The notes under the pieces are model-generated. The model did no database searches. It was not told the DNA's origin and worked only from the letters and a program-made list of their open reading frames with translations. The position numbers were made by a program, and so were the translations under genes. A stretch of 64,000 bases of DNA from the human T2T-CHM13v2.0 reference genome, Homo sapiens: assembly GCF_009914755.1 (NCBI RefSeq), contig NC_060926.1. The stretch is one strand, 5' to 3'. Shown here one piece after another: positions 50,396 through 64,000 of this stretch. Within the stretch, counting starts at the first letter, position 1, and each line of letters opens with the position of its first letter.

Positions 50396-53300
50396 AAGAA
50401 AAAGAAATAAAGGGCATCCACATCAGAAAGGAAGAAGTCAAATTATCCTTGTTTGCACGTGATATGATCTTGTTTGGAAAAATCTACAGACTCCACTAAA
50501 AAACTATTAAAACTGATAAATAAATTCAGTAAGTTGCAGGATACAAAATCAACATACAAAAAACAGTAGCATTTCTATATGCCAACAGCATACAATCTAG
50601 AGAAGAAATCAAGAAAGTCAACTCATTTACAGTAGATACAAATAAAACAGAATACCTAGGAATTAACCAAAGAACTGAAAGTTCTCAACTATGAAACCTA
50701 TAAAACATTGATGAAAGAAACTGAAGAGGATACACACAAAAAGGAGATATTCCATTTTTGTGAATTAGAAGAATTAATATTGTTAAAATATCCATAGTAC
50801 CCAACGAAATCTACAGATTCAATGCAATCTCTATCAAAGTACCACTGACATTCTTCACATAAATAGAAAAAACAACCCTAAAATTTATATGGAACCACAA
50901 AAGACCCAGAATAGCTAAAGCTGTCCTGAGCATAAAGAACAAAATTGGAAGAATCACATTAACTGACTTCAAATTATACTACAGAGCTGTATTAATCAAA
51001 ACGGCACAGTACTGGCATAAAAATAGACACACAGACCAACAAAACAGTACGGAGAACCCAGAAACAAATCCATACATATACAGTTAACTCATTTTCAACA
51101 AAGTTGCCAAGAACTTGGGGAAAAAACAGTCTCCAGTAAATGGTGCTGGAAAGACTGTCTATCCATATGCAGAAGAATAAAACTAGACCCCCATTTCTTG
51201 CCATATACAAAAATCAAATCAAAATATATTAAAGACTTAAATCTAAGACCTCAAACTATGAAACTACTAAAAGAAAACATTGGAAAAACTCTCCAGGACA
51301 TTGGACTGGGCAAAGATTTCTTAAGTAATACCCCACAAGCACAGGCAACCAAAGAAAAAATGGACAAATCAAATTAACACGTTAACACATCATGTTAAAA
51401 AGCCTCTGCATAGCAAAAGAAATAATCAACAAAGTGAAGACACAACCCACAGAATGGGCAAAAATATTTGCAAACTATCTGTCTGACAAGGGATTAATAA
51501 CCAGAATACATAAGGTGCTCAAACAAATCAATAGAAAAAAAAATCTAATAATCTGATTGAAAAATAGGGAAAACATATGAATAGACCTTTCTCAAAAGAA
51601 GACATACAAATGGAAAACAGGTATATGAAAAGGTGCTCAACATTGTTTATCATCAGAGAAATGCAAATCAAAACTACAATGAGCTATCATCTCACCCCAG
51701 TTAAAATAGCTTCTATCCAAAGGTCAGGGAATAAAACATGCTGGCAAAGTTGTAGAGAAAAAGGAACCACACTGGTGGTGGGAATGTATATTCCCAACCA
51801 CTTCAGAGAAAAGCTTGGAGCTTCCTTGAAAAACTAAAACTAGAACTATCCTATGATCCAATCTTACTCCTAGGCATATACCCAAAGAAAGGATATCAGT
51901 ATATTGAACAGGTATCTGCACCCTTATGTTTATGGCAGCAGTATTCACAATAACCAAGATTTGAAAACCTAAGTGTCCATCAACAGACAAATGGATAAAG
52001 AAAATGTTGTACATATACAAAATGGAGTACTATACAGTGATAAAAAAGACTGAGATCCTGTCATTTGCAACAACGTGGATGGAACTGAAGGTCATTATGT
52101 TAAGTGAAATAAGCCAGGCACAGAAAGACAAATTGTGCATGTTCTCACTTGTTTGTAGGAGCTTAAAAAATTAAAACAATTGAACTCATGGAGATAGTAG
52201 AATGATGATTACTAGAGGTTGGGAAGGGTGGGGGAGAATGGGGATGGCTAATGGGTACAAAAATATAATTAGAGAGAATAAATAAGATCTAGTATTTGAT
52301 AGCACAACAGGGTGACTACAGTCAACAATAACTTATTGTACATTTAAAAATAATTAAGAGTATAATTGGACAGTTTATAACACAAAGAAAGAATAAGTGT
52401 TTGAGGTGATGGATGTCCCATTTACCCTGATCTGATTATTATGCATTGTATTCCTGTGTCAAAATATCTCACGTACCCCATAAATATATACATCCACTAT
52501 GTACCCACAAAAATATTTTTTAAGTTAAAAAAAAAAAGCACAAGGAGACAGTATTAGAGCTTGACCCTCCAGTCTCCTTGTCAGTCAACTTGCAATATAA
52601 AGCTTTTCTTCTTTCAAAAAACTCAGTGTCATAGTATTGGTTTCTAATGCATCAGGCAACATTTACACATCTAATAAGAGACAATTAAAACATATGAAGC
52701 AAAATCTGATAGAATTGCAAAGAAAAATCAATAATTCTAAAATAATAGTTGGATACTTCTATAACTCACTCTTGTTAAGGGACACAACAACTAGATGGAA
52801 GATAAGTAAGGAAACAGACAACTTAAACTACACAATAAACCAACTAGATTTAACAGATATCTAAAGAACATTCTACCCAACAACAACCACATACAAATTT
52901 TTCTCAAGTGTACATGGAGCATTTTCCCAGATGGACCATATGTTAGGCCAAATATTATATCTCAACAGATATAAAAAGAAAGATATAAAAATTATCTTTT
53001 CCAACCACAATGAAATGAAGTGAGAAATAATTAACAGAAAACTGGAAAATGCACAAATTTGTGTATATTAACACATTTTAAAACAACCAATAGATCAAAG
53101 TAGAAATTACAAGAAAAATTAGAAAACAGTTAGAAATAAACGAAAATGAAAACAAAACATACCAAAATTTATGAGATGCAGTGAAGGCAGTGCTAAGGGG
53201 GGAGTTTATAGTTATAAATGCTTGACATTTAAAAAAAACAAAAAAGATCTCGAAATAACAACCTAATTTTACAAATTAAGAAACTAGAAAAAGAAGAACA

Positions 53301-53663
53301 ATTTAAACCAAAAGCTAGCAGAAGAAAGGAAATAATAAAGATTAGGGTAGAGCTAAAACGAATATGAGGATAGAAAAACTAGAAAAATTATCAAAACTAA
53401 AAGTGGATTCTTTGAAAGCATCAACAAAATCGACAAACCTTTAGCTAGATGAACTAAGAAAACAAAGAAAAAAGACTCAAAATACTAAAATCAGAAATAA
53501 AGCTGGGGATGTTATTGCTGAATCTAAAGAAATAAAACAGATGACAAGAGAGTATTATTAATAATACTATACCAACAAATTAAATAACCTAGATTACATG
53601 AACAAATTCCTAGAAACACAACACAACTTAAGAAGACTAAATCTCAAAGAAATAGAAAATTTG

Positions 53664-53970
<307 letters not shown>

Positions 53971-55225
53971 TTTGAATAGGCCTATATAACTAGTAAGGAA
54001 ATTAAATTAGTAATCAAAAATCTCTTGATAAAGTAAAGCCCTGAATCTGATGACTTCAATGCTGAATTCTACTAAATTTTTAAAGAAGACCAAATAGCAA
54101 TCCTTCTCAAACTTTTCCAAAAAATCAAAGAGGAAGGAACACTTCTTAATTCATTCTGTGAGGCCAGCATTATCCTGATGCCAAAGCCAGGCAAAGACAC
54201 TATAAGAAAATAAACTACAGATCAATATCCCTTGTAAATACTGATACAGAAGTGATCAACCAAAAATTAGCAAGCCAAATTCATCACCATATTAACAGGT
54301 TTACAATCCATGACTGAGTGAGATTTATTCCAAGTGAGATTTATTCTTAGAATGAAAGGATGGTTCAGTATTAAAACCGATTAATGTAATACACAACATT
54401 AACAGAATGAAGGAGAAAGAAAACCCTATCATCATTTTAATTGAAGAAAAGGCATTTGAAAAAATTGTACATCTTTTCATGATAAAAACAGTCAGCAAGG
54501 TAGGAATCAAAGAAAACTACCTAAACATAATAAAAGCCACATATGAAAACCCCCTGAAAATCACACTCAAGGGTTAAAGACTGAACCATTTCTCCTCTTA
54601 AGATCAGGAACAAGGCAAAAATGCTCACTTTCACCACTTCTATTCAACACAGTATTGGAAGTTCTAGACAAAGCAATTAAGCAAGAAAAAGAAATAAATG
54701 GCATCCAAACTGTAAAAGAAGTTAAATGATTTGTTTTAAGATGATATAATCTTATATGTAGAAAACACTAAAAATTCCTTCAAAAATATGTTCAAATTAA
54801 TAAATTCAGCAGAGTAGCAAGATCACACAGAAGTCAGGTGCGTTTTTTATACACCAACAATGAACAATCTGCAAAGAAAGTCACAAAAACAATTCCACTT
54901 ACAACAGCATCAAAAAGAATAAAACACTTCAGAATATAATAGATAGATAACCAAGGAGTTGATAGACTTGTATAAACTACAAAACATTGCTGAAAGAAAT
55001 TAAAGAAGATATAAATAAATGGAAACAAATCCCATATTCATGGATTGGAAGACTTAATGTTGTTAAGCTATCAAAACTACTCAAAGAAATCTAGAGTTTC
55101 AGTGCATCCCTATCTAAATCTCCACAACTCTTTTTATAGACAGAAAAAAAACTTATCCTAAAGGTCATACAAAATCTCATGAGACCTCAAAGCCAACACA
55201 ATCTCTAAAAAAACACAAATCTAGA

Positions 55226-55769
<544 letters not shown>

Positions 55770-56206
55770 CCCAATGTGGTACTGGCATAAAGACAGACCT
55801 ATATTCCAATGGGATAGAATAGAGAACCCAGAAATAAACCCTAACATATATGGTCAAATGTTTTTTGACAAACTTTTCAAGGCCATTCAATGGAAAAACA
55901 GTCTTTTCAACCAGGTAAAACTGAATATCTGAATGAAAACAAATGAAACTGGACCCTTACCTAACACCACACACAAAAATTAACACAAAACGGATCAAAG
56001 CTCTCAATGTAAAACCTAAAACTATAAAACTCTAAGAAGAAATATAGGGTAAGTGCTTCATGACATTAGATTTAGCAATGATTTCTTAGCTATGACACCA
56101 AAGGCACAGGTAATAAAAGAAAAAGTAGACAAATGGGACTTCAGAAAAATTTTGAAAATTTGGGCAGGAAAAGATAATATCAACAGAGTAAAAATGCAAT
56201 GAACAA

Positions 56207-56514
56207 GGCTGAGCACAGGGGCTCACATTTGTCATACCAGCACTTTTTGAGAGGCCAAGATCAGGGGATCATTTAAGTCTAGGAGTTCGAGACCAGCCTG
56301 GGCAATAGAGGGAGATCCCATCTCTACAAAAAATCAAAAACTTAGCCAGGCATGGTGGCACGAGCCTCTAGTCTCAGCTACTTGGGAGTCTGAGGTGGAA
56401 GGATTGCTTGAGCCCGGGAGGTCAAGGCTGCAGTGAGCAGTGATCACACTACTGCACTCCAGCCTGGGTGACAGAACAAGACTCTGCCTCAAAAAAAAAA
56501 AAAAAAAAAAAAAA
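56207..56514 (+). mobile_element. AluJ
   Basis: gaggtcaaggctgcagtgag; long A tail. Confidence 0.88.
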
Positions 56515-57723
56515 GCAACACATAGAATAGGAAAAAATATTTATAAATCATATATCTGATAAGAAATTAATATCTACTATATATTGAATTAAAACGCAAC
56601 AAGAAAAAAACAAGCAAGCAACCCAATTCAAAAATGGGCAAAGGACTTGAATAAGTACTTCTCCAAAGAAGATATCCAAAAGCCAAGCCAGTAGCACATG
56701 AAATGATGTTCAACATCATTAATCATTAGGCAAATGCAAATCAAAACTAAAATAAGATACCATCTCACACTCATTAGGGAGGTTACTATAAAATAAACAG
56801 AAAATAAATGTTAGCGAGAATCTGGAGAAATCTGAACCTTGTGTACTGCTGGTGGGAATGTTAACTGGTATAGCCACTGTGAAAAACAGTATGGTAGATC
56901 CACAAAAAAATTAAAAATAAAGTTCCCATATGATCCAGCAATTCAACTTGTGGGTGTTTACCCCAAAGAATTGAAAACAGGGTCTCAAAGAGATATTTTT
57001 ATATCCATGTTCATAGCATACTCACAATAGCTAAAAACTGGAAGCAACCCAAGTGTCCATCAACGGATGAATGAATAAACAAAATGTGGTATATACATAC
57101 AATAAATTATTAGTCTTAAAAAGGAAAGAAATTCTAATATGCTACAATATTTATGAAACTTGAGAACATTATGCTAGTGAAATAAGCTAGCCACAAAAAG
57201 ACAAAAACTTATGATTCTGCTCATATGAGGTACTTAAAATAGTCAAAATCATAAGAGACAGACATAGTTGCCAGGGGTTGAGGAGAGAGGAAAGTGGACA
57301 GTTATTATTTAATGGGTTTAGAGCTTCAGTTATAAAAGGTAAAAAGAGTTATGGAGATGGATAGCGACAGATGCACAACATTACAAATGTATTTAATAAC
57401 ACAACTATACACTCAAAAATGGTTAAGATGTTAAGGTTTTTATGTATTTTATGATTTAGAAATTTGAAAACACGTTTATCACTTATATTAACTGGAATCC
57501 AATAAGGAAGTTCTGAATTGCTCAAAAAGTATGATAAAATGATCTTAAAATACAAAAAGGCATTACAAAAATAGCTTCAATTTATAATAATATATCAAAA
57601 ATTTTAACATAAACTGGCTACATTTTTATAAAACCTTGTAACAATTATTTTTGTGATCAAATGAGAAGGAATGAAAACATTAACAATTTTTAACAAAAGT
57701 AGAAGAACACAGACAGACAATAC

Positions 57724-57865
57724 CTTGGAGGCACGAATTTGCCTGTGAATGTCTGTTAGTTGTTGGATTTTGCATTCTAGGTCTGAAATCTGAGCTTGAA
57801 GCCAAGTCCATCGGCTGCCAACTCGTGCTCTGTCTACAAGCCACTTCCATTCAGTACTACAGTTA
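57724..57865 (-). CDS. KANSL1L: KANSL1L coding exon (probably exon 3), 142 bp: [47 protein letters not shown]
   Basis: Acceptor ttgttttgttcacag|T, donor AAG|gtattg; peptide closely resembles the KANSL1 segment [43 protein letters not shown]. Confidence 0.95.
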
Positions 57866-58779
57866 CTGTGAACAAAACAAACACTGTTACTCAAAGCACA
57901 AAGGCAATCAAGTTTCACAAACACTGCTTAATAACTTCCTTAACTCCCATCATAAAAGCAAATTTCCTTTCTACAACATGTAATTACAGGAAGAGAGAAT
58001 GGCAGATTGACTTCTTATCAAAGAAAAAGATATAATTTTCCTACCTTTCCACCCCACAAATACCTGTTTTCATTAAATATTACATACCCTGTAGTAGGAT
58101 AATTCCTCTGCTATTCAATTCTTTATCAGTGCAGAAGGTCTTAAACAGAGATAAACCAGCAAAGAAAAGGAAACATGAATGACAATGCAAACACCATGTA
58201 AAAACTGTTACATAAAACTTTTATACGTAAGTAGATGTCAAGTACCAGACAATCCATTTGAATGGTGCTAAATCTAAATCCATGTAATAAACTGTAGCAT
58301 ATTCGATTTTACTATAAGTAATTTTTATTTGTTAAAATAGGCATCGTTATTAGCTAATTATTTAAATCATTTTTTAAAAGCTATCAAAAATTATAAAAAA
58401 TATAAATGCTCTGCTACATTTCAAATAAGCATACCAAATATATAGACCTTAAAATATTTAAGATAAACTGTTCCTTAAAAACCTGATTCCTAGGATTCAC
58501 AACCTACAGATCACAAAGAATTTACATAAAGCCTTTCTTTCATGCATATTTAAAAATAAGGGTTGATTCCTAGCTCCTCCTAGTACCTCTTGTCATTTGG
58601 CAAGAGCACTACAGCTAGAGAAAAATTATTGGGGATTACGGGTGGTATATGTGTGTGATATTTAATTAGGAGATGCAGATTGCAAAAAAAAAAAAAAAAC
58701 TGACAGAAACTGAAGATATAACTGTAGGACAACAATGACTTAATGACAACATGTAAACTTTATAAAAAACTTATCTAAA

Positions 58780-59045
58780 AATTCATTTATTGTCAAAACC
58801 CGCTGACTGTAGAACGCCAAGAGTGAACCCTAATGTAAATGATGATCTCTGGGTGACAATGACGTGTTAATGTAGGTTCATCAATTGTAACAAATACACC
58901 ACTCTGTTGTGGGATATTAACACTGGGAAAGGTTATGCATTTGTAGCATGTAGGAACAGGGGATATGTGGGAACTCTTTGTACTTTCCATTCAGTTTTGC
59001 TGTGAACCTAAAACTGCTCTAAAAAATAGTTTATTAATTTTTTAA
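58780..59045 (+). mobile_element. L1MC/MD 3' terminal fragment
   Basis: agagtgaaccctaatgtaaa..ttttgctgtgaacctaaaactgctctaaaaa. Confidence 0.8.
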
Positions 59046-59646
59046 AATGCACTGGACCATAATGGAATATCTTTCAAATAATCTTTAAACAGAGAAAATA
59101 TTTATTCTAAGAGATCATTTGCTGTCAGATAAACAGAACACAATTATTATGGCTTTGCTATATAGAATTTATTCATTATAACAGGATTTTACATTATATC
59201 AATGTTTCTGAAAGGCCACTGTTTTTAAGGATTCTAACTGCATACAATGTGATTAAAGACACCATATGATTTAGGATTTCTCTTGGTATTATTATTTATT
59301 GTTTATAGTCATTACTGTGGTTTCATAAATTTGACACTTAAAAATCACATTTTCCTAACTGTGGACAAAATAAAATACCTATTCAAAATATACTATTCAT
59401 AGTTAACAGTTAGCAACACTAAATGCCAATCACAAAATCAGAGAAGGCAAGCATGCTAGCGCGTAGCATTTTACACAGGTGAGGATAAAATGTTTGGATT
59501 TTAAAACAAAGTGGAAACTACTGGCAAGGTGGTAACAATTTTTTTTTTTTTTCAAGAACTTTGGCTACTAGGTGGAGAAAGCACTGCAGTAGGAAATGAA
59601 AAAAAAGTCAGGAAAACAACTAAGATGTTATCTGTAATAATCTGGG

Positions 59647-59960
59647 TGTAGTACAGATCATTGTGATCTCTAAATATTTCACGTACCGCCCTACACTTCC
59701 CAGGCTTATGCATTTATGTTGGAGCCATTTGACTAGTTCTGAGCAAATGCGCTGTAAGCAAAAGTGACATTGTCATTTCCAGTTCACCTGAGGATCTTCA
59801 AAACCAGTAGTGCAGAGAGTATAGCTACAAGATGGAGGAGGAGAATAGCCCAGATCACACTGGACTTTATGTAAGCCGCAGTACACCTCTGCTGTGTGAA
59901 ACCATTGAGATTAGGATGCTAATTTGTAACTCTAAATATAGCCTATTCTGACTAAAACAC
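59647..59960 (+). mobile_element. Old MLT1 (MaLR) LTR fragment
   Basis: gactagttctg..gctgtgtgaaaccattgagatt..tagcctattctgactaa. Confidence 0.55.
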
Positions 59961-60396
59961 TGAATATAAAAATGGCTTTGACTGGGAAGGAGAGGGGAGA
60001 CAAAGATATGTAGATAAAAGAATGGATTCAAGGTTCATTTTAAAGTTGATAGGACTTGCAGAAGTATGGCATAGAAGTGAGCTTAGGGCAATCAAAGATG
60101 ATCTTAAACATTCTTTAAGTTTTGCTCCAGTTGGAAAATTCCCCTATAATATGCAATTTGGTTTGGCTATAATATTGATGATTAGTGAATAATGAAATAT
60201 AACAGAAAAAAATGCCATAGAACTCATATTATTGTACTTCTGGTAAAGATATTCTGATACTCAAGTTAGGATTACAAAAATCATTGTTATGATGTTCATA
60301 TACTAGACTAAATTATACTAATATAGAAAAATAGCAATACCAGATTAAATTTAAGTAAACCAAATCGCATCGGACGCTTTGTGATATATGAAATAA

Positions 60397-60689
<293 letters not shown>

Positions 60690-61349
60690 TGAAATAAATT
60701 TTCTGTAGAGGGTAACTTATCCTACATTTTAACAGGAGTGAATAAAACATGTTTGCTATGCTTATAAGTGGTAAACAAAAATGTTTGCTTCCTAGAAAAC
60801 ATGTTTTTCTAAAAAAAATAAGATTGTTAATAATTAAGATGTTACAGATAAATATATGGCTAACTTGCTCAAACAAGATCAACATGTTATACCCCAAAGT
60901 CAAACATTTTATGTAAACAACTTATATAATCAATGTTAATGGTTTACATAACTTACAGTGTAACCAAATAGCATATAACTAATGCACCAGCATACTCAGA
61001 GTGTCCCAACTCCCCAGTTAGCATATAAGCCTGGTCTGCCACTGACTCCCTGAATCTTTCTAGAGTGTGCAAAACTGATCACAGACCACCACATGCTGAC
61101 CATAATGTGGGTTCCCTATCTCTAGTAAAGATCAAAGACATTGGTGAGTGGAGACCACCTGGACAGTGACAGAGATCACTCATTCCCCAGAAAGGTAGCA
61201 TTATGACTTCAATTCCCATCCTTGCTTGCTTGCAGCCACCACTTAACTTTTGCTAAAAGAAATGAGTACAAGCTGTTTAAACTTAAGTGGTTTTGAATGC
61301 AATTTCTCTTGGTACTAATTGTCAACATCACAAACTTACATCTTTGTTT

Positions 61350-63330
61350 TGACCTCCTGGTATGAACTCATTTGGTCATGATGAATTTTTACTGTTTGCT
61401 AGACCCTATTTGTTATTTCATTTAGGATTTTTCTTTGCATCTATAGTCAAAGAAGATATGGATCTGCTGTTCTCTTGTCATATTTGGTTTTGGAATCAAG
61501 CTAATGCTACCCTCATAAAACGAGAAGTCTTCTCTCCTCCTTGATTTTCTGAAGGAATTTATGTAGGACTGGAATGGTTTATTCCTTGAGTTTCAATGAA
61601 ATTAATCAGTGAAGCCATCTGAGCCACAAGTTTTCTATGTGGGAAAGTTTATAATTATTAATTTTTCTTTTTAACGTAAGGTTTTTCAGGTTTTCTATTT
61701 CTCATTGTGTCAGTTTGGTCATTTGTGTCTTTTAAGCGATTAGCCTATTTAGCTTAAATTGTTGAATTTATTGACATGTACTTGTTCATAATACAGTCAT
61801 CTCTTAGTATAAGGATTGGTTCCAGGACCCCCTGAGGATACCAAAATCTGCGGAAATGGTCAAGTCCCTTATATAAAATGATGTACATGTGCATATAAGC
61901 TACATACACTCCATTGTATACTTTAATTTCTAGATTGCTTATAATATCTAATACAATGTAAATATTGCTTATAATACATAATACAAAGTTATTATACTCT
62001 TTTTAATTCATATTTTTTATTATTGCATTATTTTATATTTTTCTTGGCTATTTCCATTTATAGTTAGTTGATACACAGATACAGAACCTGGGAATACAGA
62101 GAATGGTTTGTATCCCCCAATTATTCCACAATGCCAGAACATCTATAGTGATATTTTTCCTTCTTCCTGCTATTAGTATTCTTCTAAATAATCTTGCTAG
62201 AAGTTTATAATTCTCTCCATTGTTTTCATGTTTTATATTCTGTGAATATCCCCTCTTTATCATCACCTTTTCCTTCTATTTGCTTTGGGTTTAATTTAGT
62301 ATTATTTTTATTGCTTTTTAAGTAGGAGACTTAGACCACAGACTACACTATTCTCCTTTCCTAATACAAACATGTATAGCCATACAGCATTGCTTCAGTA
62401 ATTTAGTAGCTGCATCCCTCAAATTCTGATATGTCATGTTTCTAATATTATTCAGTTCAAAACATTTTATAGTTTCTCTTGTGACTTCTTCATCCACGAG
62501 TTATTTGGAAATGTGTGATTTAATTTCTACATATTTCAGACCCACATATTTACCATTTCTTAACATTTCTTTTTTCCTTTATGTAAATCTGTTTTTACCC
62601 AGTATGATTTTCCTTCAGCCTGAAGATCATCTTTTAAAATTTCTTTAGTGCGTGTATACTGACAACTTCTCTCTATTTTTGCTTATCTGGAAATGTCATT
62701 TTGTCTCTGTTTTTTAAAATGTTTCACTGGGCAGAGAATTTTAGACTGACTTTTTTTCCCCACCTTTCAGCACTTTAAATATATCATTCCATTTTTCTGG
62801 CTTACATACCTTCTAGTGAGAAGTTAGCAGTGATTTTTATTTATTAACCACTTCTTCTGAATGACTATTCCCTTGTTAGCTGAAGTCGTTTTACATTTCA
62901 GATATTTTTAGCTTCTGAACGTTCAATGGTTCTTTATATGTTCAATTTCTTTCATTATGTTCACATTTTCCTTTTAAGTCCTTGAGCATATTTACAATAG
63001 ATATTTTAAGCTCTTTGCCAACTACTTTCATGATCATTATCATTTCCACATCAGTTTCCATTAATAATTTTTCTCCGCTTCTTTGCATGCCTAATAGTTG
63101 AATACACACATGTGCACATACATACACACATGTCTAGTAGGTTTTATATAAATACATATTTTAAGGGTACTATGATTATGTTGTTAATGTGTGGATTTTG
63201 TGGTCTTCCTTAAAGAGTGATGAATTCTGTTCTGACAGGTTATTATATTACTTGCTGTTCAACTTCATAAATTTCAGCTTACTTTAAAGCTTTGTTAGAG
63301 CATGTGTAGAGTAGCCACTACACTAAGGCA
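61350..63330 (-). mobile_element. Old L1M relic interrupted by MER2
   Basis: Antisense L1 motifs cagtgaagccatctg, ttttctatttc..gtcagttt, tagctgcatcc..aaatt; approximate limits. Confidence 0.55.
61794..62110. mobile_element. MER2 TcMar-Tigger MITE
   Basis: TA|cagtcatc..gattggttccaggacccc..gataccaaaatc..tg|TA. Confidence 0.8.
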
Positions 63331-63699
63331 GTTATCAAATTGAGGGAGAGGTGGATAGTCTGAGGAAAATAACTAGTAAATTAATAAGTGCATAGGCTTA
63401 ACAACTATGACAAAATGAGATCTTTGGCTGTGGTATTTTCACATATAACTGACAGGAAGAAAAAGAGAATGGAAACCTACATTTCGGAGGGAACTCGACT
63501 AGGAAATACTACCATAAGCCTAACAAAGACTATCCCTGGGAGCCAAATCTGCACCAATAGAAAGCAGGGTGAGAATGCAGTGGTGTCTCCAATAAGAGTA
63601 CACTAACACCCATGTTAGATACAGTCACAAAGAATCATAGACCAAGAGTAATTCCCAAAGAGCAAGGTCAGGGACTATGAAGGACAAATGACAAGGGAG

Positions 63700-64000
63700 C
63701 TTATCTCAGAAAGCAAAATTAAGGTCCTAGCAAGACCTTACTCCACTGCCAGAGCAAGAAGTCTATTATTGTAAGGAACAGGAACTATCATATATGGCCC
63801 ATTCTTTTTTTTCCCATTGGGAATTTTCCTTGTCCTTTATACCATCATACAAGAAGCAAGAGGTCAAGAAAATTAGGAAATTTGTCTCTTAGTTTATTGG
63901 TCACCACATCATGATGAACCACACAGAAACCCGATATAGAGGACTTTACCCAATGAATGTGACTTTGGGTTATCATCCTTGAGAAGATGGTATGTTTTAT
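63700..64000. mobile_element. Probable ERVL-class LTR relic
   Basis: cccattgggaatttt, ttgtctcttagtttat..ggtc, gactttggg motifs; weak match. Confidence 0.35.

Overview
This is AT-rich, repeat-dense primate (human-like) genomic DNA. The window lies inside a minus-strand gene recognised as KANSL1L (KANSL1 paralogue, NSL/KAT8 complex). Four coding exons (57865-57724, 32993-32796, 26902-26781, 4437-4233; probably exons 3-6, numbering from memory) have canonical AG/GT ends and splice into one open frame containing the KANSL1-family 'EWKW..RW.WLQ' segment and a WDR5-binding-type 'ARTRP' motif. The introns hold an antisense processed RPL6 pseudogene, more than 25 Alu/FLAM copies, two twin-primed L1PA insertions, a roughly 16 kb five-level L1/LTR/L1/L1/Alu nest, solo LTRs and DNA-transposon MITEs. 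I found no CRISPR, tRNA or rRNA, and I cannot claim a proven new biological system. The best leads are a near-identical 180-bp non-tandem duplication of unique sequence, a collinear inverted L1 pair bracketing an in-frame exon, a protein-like orphan ORF beside a TSD-less AluY, and several templated repair scars. Repeat subfamily names come from remembered consensus features, and boundaries of old elements are approximate.
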